Assembly (NCBI GenBank): GCA_951406725.2 | Contig: OX597815.1 | Location: forward strand, 101,866,001-101,930,000 | Reading direction: 5' to 3' | Source: Octopus vulgaris | Lineage: Eukaryota | Length of the DNA: 64,000 nt | Part shown: positions 1 to 14,869 of the stretch, one piece after another | Layout of the letters: each line of letters starts with the position of its first letter | How positions within the stretch are numbered: the stretch's first letter is position 1 | Notes under the pieces: generated by a model | Database searches by the model: none | Seen by the model: only the letters and a program-made list of their open reading frames with translations | What the model was told of the DNA's origin: nothing | Translations under genes and position numbers: made by a program

Positions 1-261
1 TTTTACATGTTAGATATTTATAGAATATCTATGAATTAGGTTAGTGTCTGTGATCTATGCGGTTATTCTACTTCATGCTGAGAATATTTATACAGTTAGA
101 ACAAGATATAATGATGATTGGATTTCCAGTGGTTTGCATATATTTCCAAATGTTAAATGACTGTGTTTAATGCTCACCATATGTGATGGTTCGTTAGACG
201 TTTGAATAACTCGTACTAGTTTCTCCACAGCCCTCTCACTACCATTATACTGTGTATATTA

Positions 262-590
262 TTTTATGAAGTGTCCCTATGGTCTTTGCAATCCTCCTAG
301 ACTGGTGACATCAGCGCAGAAGTTATTCAAGTGGAACAGCTGCAAGGAAAACATAAGCAGAGAGGAAATTCTAGAGCAGTGACTATTTTGGAAGAAAGAT
401 CTGAGCAAAATGGTTAGTGGGGAAGTGAGCAGAAAAAATATGGATGGTGAAAGAAGAAAAGACCAGTGTGTAAAGCATGTCTGACAGTAGAACAAGATCA
501 ACCAGTTCCGAGCAGCAAAAACCGTCGTAGTAGTAGTGAAAGAAGAAGAGCGAGGAGACAGCAGGTATATGAGCAGACACTGGAGTTATT
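262..590 (-). mobile_element. Degenerate 3' end of CR1/L2-group (Crack/Daphne-like) LINE
   Basis: Minus translation AVSSLFFFHYYYDGFCCSELV resembles the RRxVxSLxLFYRYYxGxCSxEL C-terminal motif. A decayed TNHFAQIFLP..LWNSLP-like stretch follows. Similar to the relic at 35.9-36.8 kb. Confidence 0.55.
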
Positions 591-914
591 TCTTTTGTTG
601 CTTTTATAGAATTTCTTAGTCGTGCATATCGGTGTTATTGTCAATATTGCAGTTGTTATGGACACTTTCCAATAAGTTATTTTTAAAATATGACTTAATA
701 CTTGCTTATTGAAAGTTCTTTGCTATAGACTTCTGAGTGACGTTGTTTGGTATGTTTCATTAATGTTTATATGCAAAGAGACATTTTTGTAGCAGTCACC
801 TTCTCTGTAGTTATTGGCTTGTAACTTAGTAATTGTGAAAATTGATACGTACAGTGTTTAGGAAGTGAAACATGAGACTTGAATAACAGAGGTATTAATA
901 ATTGTGTCTATTTT

Positions 915-1680
915 AAGTACACGGCCAGCATTTTGAAGGGAAGGTGCAAGTCGATTACATCAGCTTCAGTACTTGACTAGTAATATATTTTATCGACACT
1001 GGGAACATGAAAGGCAATGTTGACCCTCACTGTATTTTCGGCCACGCGTAGAAGCCCGGAGCAAATAATAGAAGGTATTTTTTCCCGACGATCTAACGAT
1101 TCTATTAGTTTTTCACCTTTAATATTTTCCGAATTAGGCACAAACCCTGGAATTTGGGGAGAGGAAACTATCATCGTCTCTAGCGCTTGACTTATTTTAT
1201 CGACCCCGAAAAAATAAAAGGCAAAGGTGACTTCAGTGAATTTGAACCCAGATCAAAAAGAGTCGGAAAATATACTGGCAAATATTTTCCAAAATGTTCT
1301 AACGATTCTGTCAATCTATTCCCCCACTGATAGGGTTAGTCGATTACATCGACTCCAGAAGTTGACTGGTCCTCATTTTACCGATCAGGAAAGATGATAA
1401 GCAAAGATGACCTCAGTAGAATTTGAACTCAGAGTGTAAGAAACATGAACAAATACCACACAATATTTACCAGTATTCCGACACTCAAACAATCGTTTTT
1501 TAATCCAATTCATTGCTCATGATTTCTGAATTAAATTCAAAGCCAGCAATTTTAAGAGATGGATGATAGTTGATTGTAATGATCCCAGTATTTGACTGGT
1601 ATTTTATTTGACCAACCCCGAAAGGGAGAAATACCTCAAAGCGTTTCTTCCAGCGCTGTAACATTTTCTGCCAGTCCACA
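915..1680 (-). repeat. Cluster of about 5 diverged head-to-tail copies of a tRNA-head SINE (family C)
   Basis: Recurring GATTACATCGACCCCAG..TTGACTGGT..TTTTATCGACCCCGAAA..AAGGCAAAG..GACCTC..GAATTTGAACTCAGA..CTAACGATTCT units. The minus strand carries a B-box-like GAGTTCAAATT. Confidence 0.75.
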
Positions 1681-1839
1681 ATAATAATAGTTGTTTCTAT
1701 AACAAATGAAGGCTTAAATATTTCTTACGATACTGTTTACGATACTTTAATGTCAAACAGGAGAGATAACATAGTACAACAGTCTATCGCCCAAAACAGT
1801 CGCAGATTATTTGTTTACAAATATTAATACGAAGTCAAG

Positions 1840-2045
1840 TTGTTATAGTTTAGTCCCTGGTGAGGCTTGATCAAACAGCACTATCACCAAAAGCATTCCA
1901 AATATGATATTATCTTCTTTTAGGCATAACACATCTAGAACTCCATTATCAAGTGTACTTTTACTTTCTTAAAATGGAAGAGTGTTGCTTGTGGGTGATT
2001 TAGCTGTTATTGCCGGTAGATCGAGTGGTAATCACGTAGACTAGT
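1840..2045 (+). repeat. Interspersed repeat family D (other copies about 3455-3680, 4445-4620, 11780-11950, 15885-16105, 27120-27250, 54910-55110, 56270-56440)
   Basis: Shared TTTAG(T/C)CC..GGT..G.C.TGATC..GCAGACCT.TGA.CAAAG.CATTCCA...GATTT.GCTGCTATTTCTAGC motifs in both orientations. Confidence 0.6.
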
Positions 2046-3139
2046 TGGTTGCTGGCTTGTGATGTTTCTCGTCGCTGTTGCTGTTCTTAAAGTGGTAGTG
2101 GTGGCGATGGCGGCAGTGATGGTGATTGCGGTGGAGGTGATGATGTCGGATTAACCTCTAGGTACGGTCTGTCAATCAATTTGTTAAAGGAGTACATGGA
2201 ACAATTTCAGTATGATTTATCCAATCAATGCTGTAAGGCCGTCCTTATGTTTGAGTGATGTCAGTGTCATCATATTTAGTGTAGTTTATTATTTTACACG
2301 ATTCAGTCATTCAGCTCCTTGGAAAAAAAATTCGAGTTTAATAATACTTAATGCCTCAGCTCACATACTAATATAAATTTAGTTTCATTTTGGCATGTAA
2401 GGCAAAAACTCCAGATAGGTTTCTGCTTTATTAGACCTCCTCAGCAAAGCGTTGTTTTACACTGTTGGTGTTGTAACAAACAGACTTAATTAAGTATCTG
2501 TTATTGAGTTAATGTTTGCTTTTCTCTGCAGCATAAATATTATTAATTGTATTTCTCTTCAATGTATTAAGCCATGAGTAAAACGCTTAATGGTTATTTT
2601 TTCCTGAGGATGCCGTTCTTGAGTAATTTCGTTTACATACAAGGCAATGCTATTTTTAAACAAGAGCAGCAACAACAACAAAAACTATCGAAAAATCAAA
2701 TAAAGCATAAAAGAAAAGCCGGCCGCCGTATCAAAGTGCACCATTTAAATCATTCCTATATTTACGTTGAAAATGACAAATATACCTAAACATATATTTT
2801 CCCACGGTTGAAACAACTCCCTTAGGGAGTATTAAGGGTATGAATAATAAAGCTGTATTCAGCATAGAGAGAAAAAAAGGGAAAAAGAAGGATGAGAGAT
2901 AAAGAAATTAAAAGAAAAAAAAGAAACGGTATTAGGATTAGAAGACAGTTAGCTGTGTGTTAAACTGTTGTCAGCTCTGTATATATAAACACACACACAC
3001 ACACACACATGTACACACAGACACGTTATTATGTGTATGCGAATGTGTGTGATCCGTATATTTGCACTTGTGATGTATGCGCTTACCATCTGTGCATTTT
3101 CGTAAGTATGTGTATGTGTGTGAGCATGTCGTTATTTGC

Positions 3140-3219
<80 letters not shown>

Positions 3220-3683
3220 TATACATGTGTGCGTGTGCGTGTGTGTTTGGGCCTATGTAATAAACCATGAAAGTTTGTTTCAAAAGCAATCATCTGTAGA
3301 ATTAAGGTAGTCAAGACAAAAGATGAGTTGAACCTGGCGTGACAGGAAAAGTTCAACCGTATCTGGTAACACATAAATAACAGTAACGCACGCTTACATT
3401 CCACTTTACCACCATAACGTACATTGCAGCTAGCTACACTGGCCAACACTAGTGGAGACTTTTTGTGGTCGCTCCATCAGCTAGAAATAGCAGCCAAGAG
3501 GTTTTGATATCACGCTCTTTCCTGCAACCTTAAAAAACAAAACAAAAGGCCTAAAAAGATATAAAAGAAATACCAAAACATATTGGATGGCGCAGTTTCT
3601 TTTACAAAATCATAGTGTGAATGGTTAGAGTTGGAGTACCTTTGAAGATACGTCTATTTGAATAGGGTTGATCATGGTCTGTC

Positions 3684-4053
3684 GTCATCATCATTGTCGG
3701 CATCATTGCCTTCGTCGTTGTAGTCATCATCATCATCAGCAGCAGCAGCAGCAGCATCACCACTTCCATCATCATCATCATCATCAACACCAATCATTAT
3801 CACCACCACCTCTATCAACATCATCATCGTCATAATCATCATCATCATCATCGTCATCATCACTACCACCTCCATCATCATCATTATCATTAACAACATC
3901 CATCACCCAATCACCACTACCACTACTGTCGTCATCATCATCATCATCATCATCAAAACCACCAACAGCTCTATCACCATCATTATCATCATCAGCAGCA
4001 GCAACACCATCATCACAATTGTCATTGTCCTCATCCTCATCCTCATCATCATA
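3684..4053. repeat. Degenerate (CAT/CAC/CAG)n low-complexity tract
   Basis: Visible directly; it generates the poly-M/poly-D ORFs. Confidence 0.9.
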
Positions 4054-4099
4054 CTACACTTTACGAACCAATCTTTCGAACAAACTCGGGAAATACGAA

Positions 4100-4299
4100 G
4101 GGCTTTGTCCAGTTTCCTTCTGCTAATTCCACTCACAAGGCTTTGGTTGGGCCGAAGCTGGAGCAGAAGACATTAGCTTAAGATGCCACACAGTGGGATT
4201 GAACTCAGAACCATGTGGTTGGGAAGCAAACTTCTTACTACACAACCACGCCTGCGCCTAAACAGCCACGTCTGCGCCCACACAGAAACGCCTGCGCCT
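4100..4299 (-). mobile_element. tRNA-derived SINE family A, 5' half
   Basis: Reverse complement of GGCGCAGGCGTGG.TGTG..GTAAGAAG.TTGCTTCCCAACCACATGGTTC.G.GTTCA.TCCCACTG (A/B boxes). The head motif is triplicated. Confidence 0.8.
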
Positions 4300-5257
4300 G
4301 GGATGTTGTTTAGAGAATGTGTCTAACTAAAAGACAGTCATAGACGTAATATCTTTGATCATGGGTTTACTCAGACAGGACGACCTAGGGCTAAATAAAG
4401 TTGTAACAACACCAGCAGTAGCAGCAACATACCGTTATATCTCATATGGACTCCACACTTAAAACGAATTATAGAGAAAGAGCAGGTAACGGCGCCCTAA
4501 ATAACATTGTACCATCTTGAAGAACCACTATTGGTCAGTATAACAGATAAGATGGCCATCATTGGAATTTCTTTGTTCACAGGTCTGCTCAATCGGAGCT
4601 GATTTAGGGTTAAATAGCAACTGAGCAGTACATTTCGTTTACTGATCTCTCCCAGTGTTAACCTCTCTCTCATTCACTCTCTTTCTTTCTTCCCTTTTCT
4701 CCATCACTGTTTACCTCTTCTCCCGCCGTTTCTCTCTTTCCTTCACCCTCTTCATCTTTTTATCTTTGTTCAGTTATTATATTCCATGTTTATCTTTTTC
4801 TATTCTTATTCCTCTCTAAGCGGTTCTCTGTCTCTTTCTTATTGGCTCGCGCCCGACCACACAGACATGCACATACACACACACACACATTCACACACAC
4901 ACGCACACACACACACTCACACACACACACTCACACTCACACACACACACACACACACACTCACACGCTTTCGCTCTCTCTCTGACTTTGTCTCCCAACC
5001 TCCCTCATTCTCCTTCTTTTTTCCTCCCTTTTTGCCTGTCTCACCCTTTCTCTCTCTCATTCTTTCCTCCTCCTCCTCCTTCTCCACTCCTCCTCCTCCT
5101 CCTCTCCCGTCTCCTCCTCCACCACACCTCTGTTCTGTCATTCTCACAAACGACGGCTGCAAATCGGACAATTCTTTAAGGCCAATCAGTCAACTCAGAC
5201 TAAACTGAAAACGTTGGCGCACGCACACGCGCACGCACAGACACACGCATACAACAT

Positions 5258-5295
<38 letters not shown>

Positions 5296-5963
5296 GCACG
5301 CACAAACTTTCTCACTCAACCATGCACACATTCAGGCACGTACAGCATCACACAGCACACACGTGCACATTCAACTGCCGACACTCCGTCCATACTGCCA
5401 TTTCCACGGTTTTAATCGGATGCATGGGACGGTTAGGGAGTAATAAGCTGTTATGGCACGTGTGCTCACCCAGACACCCTTACGTACACAAACGTCCACA
5501 AACGTCCACAAACGTCCACACACGACCGCACGCGCACGCTTACGCTAGATCTGTGTGTGCGAGTGTGAGTGCGTGTGTGTGTGTAAATACATATACATAC
5601 ATACACACGCACACACACACACGCATATACACATATGTATAATCCTTTCTCTCTCATCCTTGAAATGTCCCTCGCTCACGCAAGCACACATGTTTCGCAC
5701 CCACGCAAAACACATGCAGAGTCTCTCACGCACACACGCGTATATATGTATATATGCACATGCTACTGCATAGAGTAGAATTTAAACGTGCCCGCGCTTA
5801 CGAAGGCGGGCACACACACACGTACAGATATACTACCATATACATATACATGTATATGTGTATACTCACACACAAAAAAAACTGAATACATACAGACATA
5901 CACACATACATATGTGTATATCTATCTATCTATCAATCTATATAAATATATATATATATATAC

Positions 5964-6014
<51 letters not shown>

Positions 6015-6060
6015 CATACAAACATACATATACATATATACATATATTATATATGTTCAT

Positions 6061-6098
<38 letters not shown>

Positions 6099-6133
6099 GT
6101 GTATATATATATGTATATATATATGTATATATG

Positions 6134-6183
<50 letters not shown>

Positions 6184-6413
6184 ACAATTATTCGGTAGCC
6201 AAGATAAAACTCTGAGTTTCGGATGCCAAGGTGGAAATCCACATCACCTGCATGGGTGTATATATATATAATAGAAATATTAAAATTACTAAGTCTCTTT
6301 AAAGGAGATTACGGCAGCGTTACTGGATATTAATATATATATTATTTATTAGGGAATAAAAATTTCGGTATAACAGAGGTTCAAATTATTCTCAATGAAG
6401 AAATATATATAAA

Positions 6414-6514
<101 letters not shown>

Positions 6515-6569
6515 ATATATATATATATACATATACATACATATATATATATGTGTGTGTGTGTGTATG

Positions 6570-6622
<53 letters not shown>

Positions 6623-6758
6623 GTCACTGTAAAGATATTTAGACCTTTTATTGGGATCTTTTCATCCAAGCTACACTGGTTTAATATATTGTATTATGAG
6701 GACATATTTCTTCAATGCATATGCTATATGAAATATTATAAAATATTAAATATTTTTC

Positions 6759-7193
6759 TAAGTTTGAAAACGAAGAGATCCAGTGGATACAAATTACATT
6801 AATTAATTAATTAATTAATTGACATCTTCACCTACAAATGTTTCATTTCGCATTCAAAACATATATACATATATAATCTTGCATTTCAAAATATCTTAGG
6901 TGGAAAATCATCAGGGCATGGAAAAAGGACAATACAAGGATTACATGATCTGTTGGAATATTCCAATACACTAAGCATATTGGAGTATTCCAAAAGAACA
7001 TAAAATAATCCTTGTATCGTCCTTTTTTCATGCCCTGATGATTTTCCTCCCAAGGTATTTTGAAATGCAAGATTATATATGTGTATATGTTTTGTAGTTT
7101 AAACTGAATGCGAAATGAAACATTAGTAGGTGAAGATGTTAATTGATTTATAAATTTATTGGTATCCATTGGATCTCTCCGTTTTCAAACTTA
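6759..7193. mobile_element. Long inverted repeat (arms about 210 bp, loop about 9 nt) made of two divergent Penelope-like termini
   Basis: Arms are reverse complements (ACATCTTCACCTAC.AATGTTTCATTTCGCATTCA / TGAATGCGAAATGAAACATT.GTAGGTGAAGATGT). Each arm carries CTGATGA...GAAAC..GTA. Confidence 0.75.
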
Positions 7194-7233
7194 ATAATAA
7201 TTATATGTGTGTGTGTGTGCCTACAAACATACT

Positions 7234-8492
<1,259 letters not shown>

Positions 8493-9317
8493 CTGCATCT
8501 ATGTATGTGTGTGTGTATGTATGTGTATGTATGTGTGTATGTGTGTGTATGTATGTGTGTATGTATGTATGCATTTCCATTGAGTCAACCTCATTTCTAC
8601 ATAGCAGACCGTTACATAAACAGACAAAGGTACATACATACATGCACACTCACACATACATACACACACATTCACACATACACATACATACACACACACA
8701 CACATACATAGATACATATACACACACACATACATGCATACATACATATACACATACATGCATACACACGCACGCACTACAAAAACCGAGTAAAAAATTT
8801 CAGTTATCTCTTTCTTTCACACAGACAGATACATAAAAGAAGGCCGTTTGTATGAAATAGAGTGAGTATTGTGTGTTGGTGGTGGTGGTGGTGGCGATGA
8901 TAATTATCATTAGGAAAAAGAGTGAGTGAGTGAGGAAGACATATACATAAATTGTGGCGATGATAATTCTCCCTATGAATGCAAACAGATACATCAAAGA
9001 AAGCCGCCTGACGACCTTATAAAGACAAAGTGAAAGGGAGTTGAGGGGAATACATTAAATAACGGGAGTGGATATTGTCAACGTTATAAATGAAGGGGAG
9101 TAAGAGAGGGAAAGAAGGAAATAGTGTGAGTGAAGAAGATGGCCCCTAGCAACCACACCTTTTAAGATAGGGATTTCTAAGGTAGCCCACGCGCATCGTC
9201 ACCTCATTCTACATGTCCCTGTAAATTTTGGAGCGAATCAGACGGGTCGTAGTGGCATTGAAAGCGATCCAAGCGGTAAAAACGCATTTCAGTTTTATAT
9301 ATATTTATATATATATA

Positions 9318-9387
<70 letters not shown>

Positions 9388-9502
9388 TATATTAAAATTA
9401 ATCGACGGCCATACTAAGCATGTCTACCTGCTGGAAATAACAGTGAAAGCTCTTATATAAATCGCCGAAAATACAATAATAGAGTCAATAATGTCTTCGC
9501 AA

Positions 9503-9553
<51 letters not shown>

Positions 9554-9587
9554 GACGTATGTATGTATGTATGTATGTATATATATA

Positions 9588-9900
9588 TACTTATTCTATC
9601 GGATCTCTTTTGCCGAACCGCTAAGTTCTGGGAACGTAAACGTACCAATTCCTACTGTTAAGCGATGGCGGGGTGGGGGTCAAACACAGGCACATACACA
9701 CACCCCCACAAACACGCACGCACAGACGCGCGCGCGCACACACACACACACACACACATATATATACGACGCGTTTCTTTAAGTTTCTGTCCACCAAATC
9801 CACACTCAAAGCTTTGGTTGGTCAAAGGCTATTATAGGAGACGCTTGCTCAAGATGTCACGCAGTGTGACTGAACCCGAGCAAGCTTCTTACCACACAAA
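9588..9900 (-). mobile_element. SINE family A, partial copy
   Basis: TACTTATTCTATCGG..TCTTTTGCCGAACCGCTAAG ... AATCCACAC..AAAGCTTTGGT..GAACCCG; internal (CA)n. Confidence 0.8.
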
Positions 9901-10060
9901 CATGTTGATGTGAGCATCAAATCCTACACATGAAGAGGTACATATATATAATCATGCACACGAAGGCATAGATAAGCACTTTTCCATTTTTGTTCATATA
10001 AATATACACAAGACTATATGTATATATGTTAGTATATTTAAAACCTACGTATATTGACAC

Positions 10061-11227
10061 ACTAGCAGCATAGCCTGGCGTTGCCCGGGTATGTAAGAGC
10101 CCCTAGTAGGCAACGACTAATCCCAATATAGTCCTTTCCCTCTAGGGAACGAAGGCGCATGTGTAGGTTGCAATGTCTTCTCTTCACTCCCAAATAACTA
10201 TCAAACAGCTATCGATAATTCAACCCAACCAATTCCTACCAGGAAGAAATTACATTCGAGACTTTACCCCCAACACCGCCACTTCTGCTAATAGCTACTG
10301 CAGCCGCAAGTTATTCGAATACTTTTTTTGTTTAAACTTTCTTTATAACTACCACCCCAAACGTTTTAACTTAAATTTTAGACGTACCCTAAGGGTCCTC
10401 GGACGCTACTTGCAAACTCTTGGTTTATTATAAACCGCTTTTGTCGTGTGCACCAAAAAACCTTTTCCATTCGTTTGTTCAGTTTGGTCACTTTTGACGT
10501 TTTCGTTGTTGTCACTCACATTACTGCCCGCTTTTTTGCAGTTTTTGTACATTTTTATACATTTTGGGATACTTACCCCACGTGTTCCGAGAGTTAAAAA
10601 GGTCGAGTTGCGTCCCCTAGACAGTCTGTGGTTTGTGTTTAATACACAAATCGGTTTGCTATGTGTGCCACATATGATTTAATTAACCGATTTTTTCCAG
10701 TAATAAAGTATCCTATTGGAATAAAAAGGGCCATATAGCTCCTTGGAGCAGACATGATTCTCGCTGTGAATTTAAAAAAATATTCCTGCCATTTTGTGAA
10801 AGATATTGTCGAAAATATATCATCTTGAATTTGAACGCGATTTCCCAAAAATGGCATGATTTTATCGATTTTTTCTGATGGTAAGGTATTGCATGGAAAA
10901 CTAACGTCAGAATTAAGTTTCTTAGGGTAACATTAAGCTTCACCATGAGTTTGGTGAAAATCGATTGCAAGTTGCGAAAACTACAACAGAAAATGTGTTG
11001 CATATAAAAAGCTTAGATTCTTGACCCCATGTCGAATTTATCAATTTTTTTCAGAAATGGGGGAACTTTTCAAAATTTTCGCTGCGTTAGTTTTTAATTA
11101 TGACATTGGGCTATGTGTGTGTCAAGTTTCATCAGAATCGGTTAAAAGCCGTGGTCAGGGTGAGGGTACAACCTGACAGACACACAGACACACAGACAGA
11201 CAAACTGCCGTTTATATAGAGAGAGAT
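10061..11227 (+). mobile_element. Non-autonomous Helentron/Helitron-like (Lep1/DINE-type) element
   Basis: 5' ACTAGCAG..GCC.GGCGTTGCCCGGG. 3' CAAGTTTCATCAGAATCGG...(GACA/CACA)n...TTTATATAGAGAGAGAT. This matches the typical architecture of the group. Confidence 0.7.
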
Positions 11228-12408
11228 ACGACTAGATATAATCACTTAAGCATAGATAATGCCAAATCTTGCAGACATAATCAGGAATAATGTGGTGCAG
11301 ACTTACAAAGAAAGATATGTGCACGACAACATGTATTTATAAGACTCACAGAGGTAGATGAAAATATACAGCTAAATATAAATAGACATGCAAATGTAAG
11401 ATATGTAATTGTTTATTTAAGCCTATAAATAATTACATGTAAATATTATATGAATGCTGCGTCAGTCTCAGTAATGAATATTTTTGTGGCTTTGTGAACA
11501 GAACTACAAACTCATTGAATTAAAGTTGCAAGTGTTTGAATACGTCACAGATGCTCGTATCTTAATGTAATGATCAGACATCTTACACCGACACAGTGTG
11601 TAACAAGGACGGGCACTTTAAAATATAGGTACAATCCAGTTTGTATATTTATCCCCACTTAAACGTGGATAAATATTAGCTCTCGGTATTAATTTTTTTT
11701 TTATTACCTCTCAGTATAAATAGCTTGTAACAAAATCCAGTTTGTATCAATGTAAATGCTTTAGACAAGTGATCAAGAGAAACTCTATGTAGTTGCTCGA
11801 GATGCTGGAGAGGTTGCTAAGTCTTCCTCAAATTACACCCTGTCATTTTAGCAAAATGAAAAATTTGGTAAAATAGTTCTAGATAGATTATGGTTAAAAG
11901 AAAAAGAGGAAATAATGAACAGCCGCTGGAACGCCTTTTATCGTGGATCAGGAATGAAACAAGAATGTAATTGTAGAAGAGTTATAGTATAAGACACCTT
12001 CTCAAGTTGTTGAACAATGAAATCAAACCCGAGAGATTATGATTTTGAAACGATTCGCTAAACCATTTGGCCAATGTAGATATACACTAGTAGATGTGCG
12101 AAAATAAATAAAAACAAACTGCGAAGCAACATTTGTATAGATATAGGTCGATGCTGATTCAACAGAGCCATAATCAAAAGCGTTCTGGTATAGATCATTC
12201 AATCACTTTTGTTTTCCGAACATTGGGTATCTGTTAGAAAATCTTATCTCCCGTAATTCAAAATATCCCGGATCTAGTTAGTTTCATTCACAAAATGAGC
12301 CTCCTTTAATTTTGCTCAGATTGCTTTCAATTTTGGTGTATCGATGCAACTCTGAATTTTGATTACGATCAGCCAATTTACTTTATCTCATAAATTAAAG
12401 AATCTGAT

Positions 12409-12704
<296 letters not shown>

Positions 12705-12706
12705 TT

Positions 12707-14218
12707 ATGTTTGACTTTTACTTTACATTTGTACAAGATGGCTCCAAGTCTCACCCAGAGACCTCAAGAGACAAGTTGAAAGTTCATGTTGGTGTTATGC
12801 CGAGGGTGCCATATATTTGGTTTTGTACATAGTGTTGTTCTAGAGAATGTTTAAGAAACCATAAGAAAATTATGTTTGTTTTATAACTTGAGATTACATA
12901 GAAAGTATTTTGCATAAGATAAGAGCAGTTCCCATGAGCACTATCTTTTGAATTTCTGCCATTTTGGGGTTTCCTGGTATCTGAGCTAGGTAGCATTAAG
13001 CCCCTTTTGCTGTCATTCCCAGGGCACCTATGACAACAGGCATTGTTTTAGTCTTCAGGTTCCACATTTTGCTAATTTCTATTTCAAGATCGTTATACTT
13101 GCTCAGTTTTTGGTATTACTTAACAGATAGGTTTATATCGATTGGGACTGTTATATCAATGAGGAGGCATGATTTTTGTCTGAAGTCTTTCAATATGATG
13201 TCTGGCCTATTCGCATCTATCTTTCTTTCAGTCTGAATGGTGAAGTTCCAGAGGAGTGAGATGTGATCATTTTCAAGCACTAGAGGTGATTTGCGTTCCC
13301 ACCAGTTTTTATCATGGGGCAAGTCCAGGCTTTCGCAAATTACCCAGTGAATATATTGTGCAGTTCTATCATGCCTGTTGAGATACTCTGTAGGCGCAAA
13401 AAGACTGCACTTAGAAACAACATGATCAATAGTTTCATTTTGTTGTTGACATACACGACATATTGGGCTACTGCCGTTCTTTAATATATTGGCCTGGTAG
13501 TTTCTTGTTGGTAGGCATTGATCGTGAGCTGCTATGATAAACCCTTCTGTTTCAGATTTTAAGTCAGAGGCCATTAGCCATTGATGGGTCAGGACTTTGT
13601 CAACATCGGCATTATTCGCTCTCTGGGTATTTGCCATTGAGAAGTTTTTCTTGCCATTTATCAGTCAGAATATCTAAGGCAGCAGTTTTTTGCACGGGTT
13701 TTCATGCGCTTAGCTTTTTCTGCGTTTGTTTCTCGTATGTCTAATTCCGGAATTTGTTGTATTCTGAATTCACTTAAATATTCCTTTGCCTGTTTTGTTA
13801 CTAAGTATGATGCTTTCTTGTTTTCATGTTCTGAGACAAGTTTTAACATCCAGTCCTCAGAGTTTTTCAGGTAGGTGTCTAGGCCAATTGTGGCAATCTT
13901 CATTGTTAATGCCAGTTGTAAAAGTCCACGGCTTCCCTCTTTTCTTGGCAGATAAAGTCGTTCTATATCTATCTTAGGGTGGTGCATTCTATGCATTGTC
14001 AACAGTTTTCGTATTTTTCTGTCAAGATTACATATTTCAGTAATTGACCAGTTAACGATTTTGAAACTGTACGTCACGACTTGTATGGCTAAAGCATTGA
14101 TCGCTTTGATTCTGTTTCTCGCATTTCGCTCTGTCTTGAGTATTGCTCTTACTCTGCGATAACATTCTCTCCCGATCCTTTCCTTCATCACTGGATGCCT
14201 TATTCTGTCCCCTTCATC
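12707..14218 (-). mobile_element. 5'-truncated Dong/R4-clade non-LTR retrotransposon (RT thumb, CCHC zinc knuckle, RLE endonuclease), frameshifted
   Basis: Motifs LDRKIRKLLTMHRMHHPK..ERLYLPRKEGSRGL; CRVC..ETIDHVVSKC; RHDR; NRPDIILKD..LLIDITVP; MPVVIGALG. The 3' end abuts (TAA)n(CAA)n at 12581-12706. Confidence 0.92.
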
Positions 14219-14362
14219 CAACATCGAAAAATACCCTAGGAATGAGAGCCTAGGTTCGAAATTTCCCCCAAGACACCTTATGAAGGCTGGACGATATATC
14301 AGCCGACAGGTTGTGTTAACAAACAAGATGAGGATAAATATCCGTCAAATGTAAATAATGTA
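14219..14362 (+). mobile_element. Inverted copy of the Penelope-like terminal repeat
   Basis: CAACATCGAAAAATACC...CCTTATGAAGGCTG..CAGCCGACAGGTTGTGTT...GTAAATAATGTA; reverse complement of 12441-12585. Confidence 0.7.
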
Positions 14363-14754
14363 AAGAATCTGATGTTATTTGGAATTAAAATTGGAAAATT
14401 GGGTAATTTTAGCCAATCAACAAACAGCGTGGTAGGTAATTTTAGCCAATCAACAAACAGCGTGGCATTAGCAGCTTGTTACCATGACCACCACTCGTGT
14501 TTGTGTCGCACGTTGTTCTGAGTTGATTCTTCACACCACGAGATTCTATTGACCCGCGTGTTTTGTTTTAACTTTTCTATGTTAGTATACAACATACTTT
14601 TCTGTGCTTCTGTGTGTTAGTGTTTTTACATATTTTTCATTTCGTATATTTTTGGGACAAATTCTTTGTTAACCAGAGTTATTCTTAACGTAATTTACAA
14701 ATCCAAGCATGAAAACGTTACTCCACTTTGGAGTTTTGGAGACAGATGCCCCCT

Positions 14755-14832
<78 letters not shown>

Positions 14833-14869
14833 ACACACAAACACACACAACGATATCTAACACGGGGAA

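Noticed and set aside
13661-14326. 221-aa ORF as an intact gene with its own start
   Set aside because: The N-terminal 35 or so residues come from the antisense of the inverted repeat fused to the truncated Dong frame.
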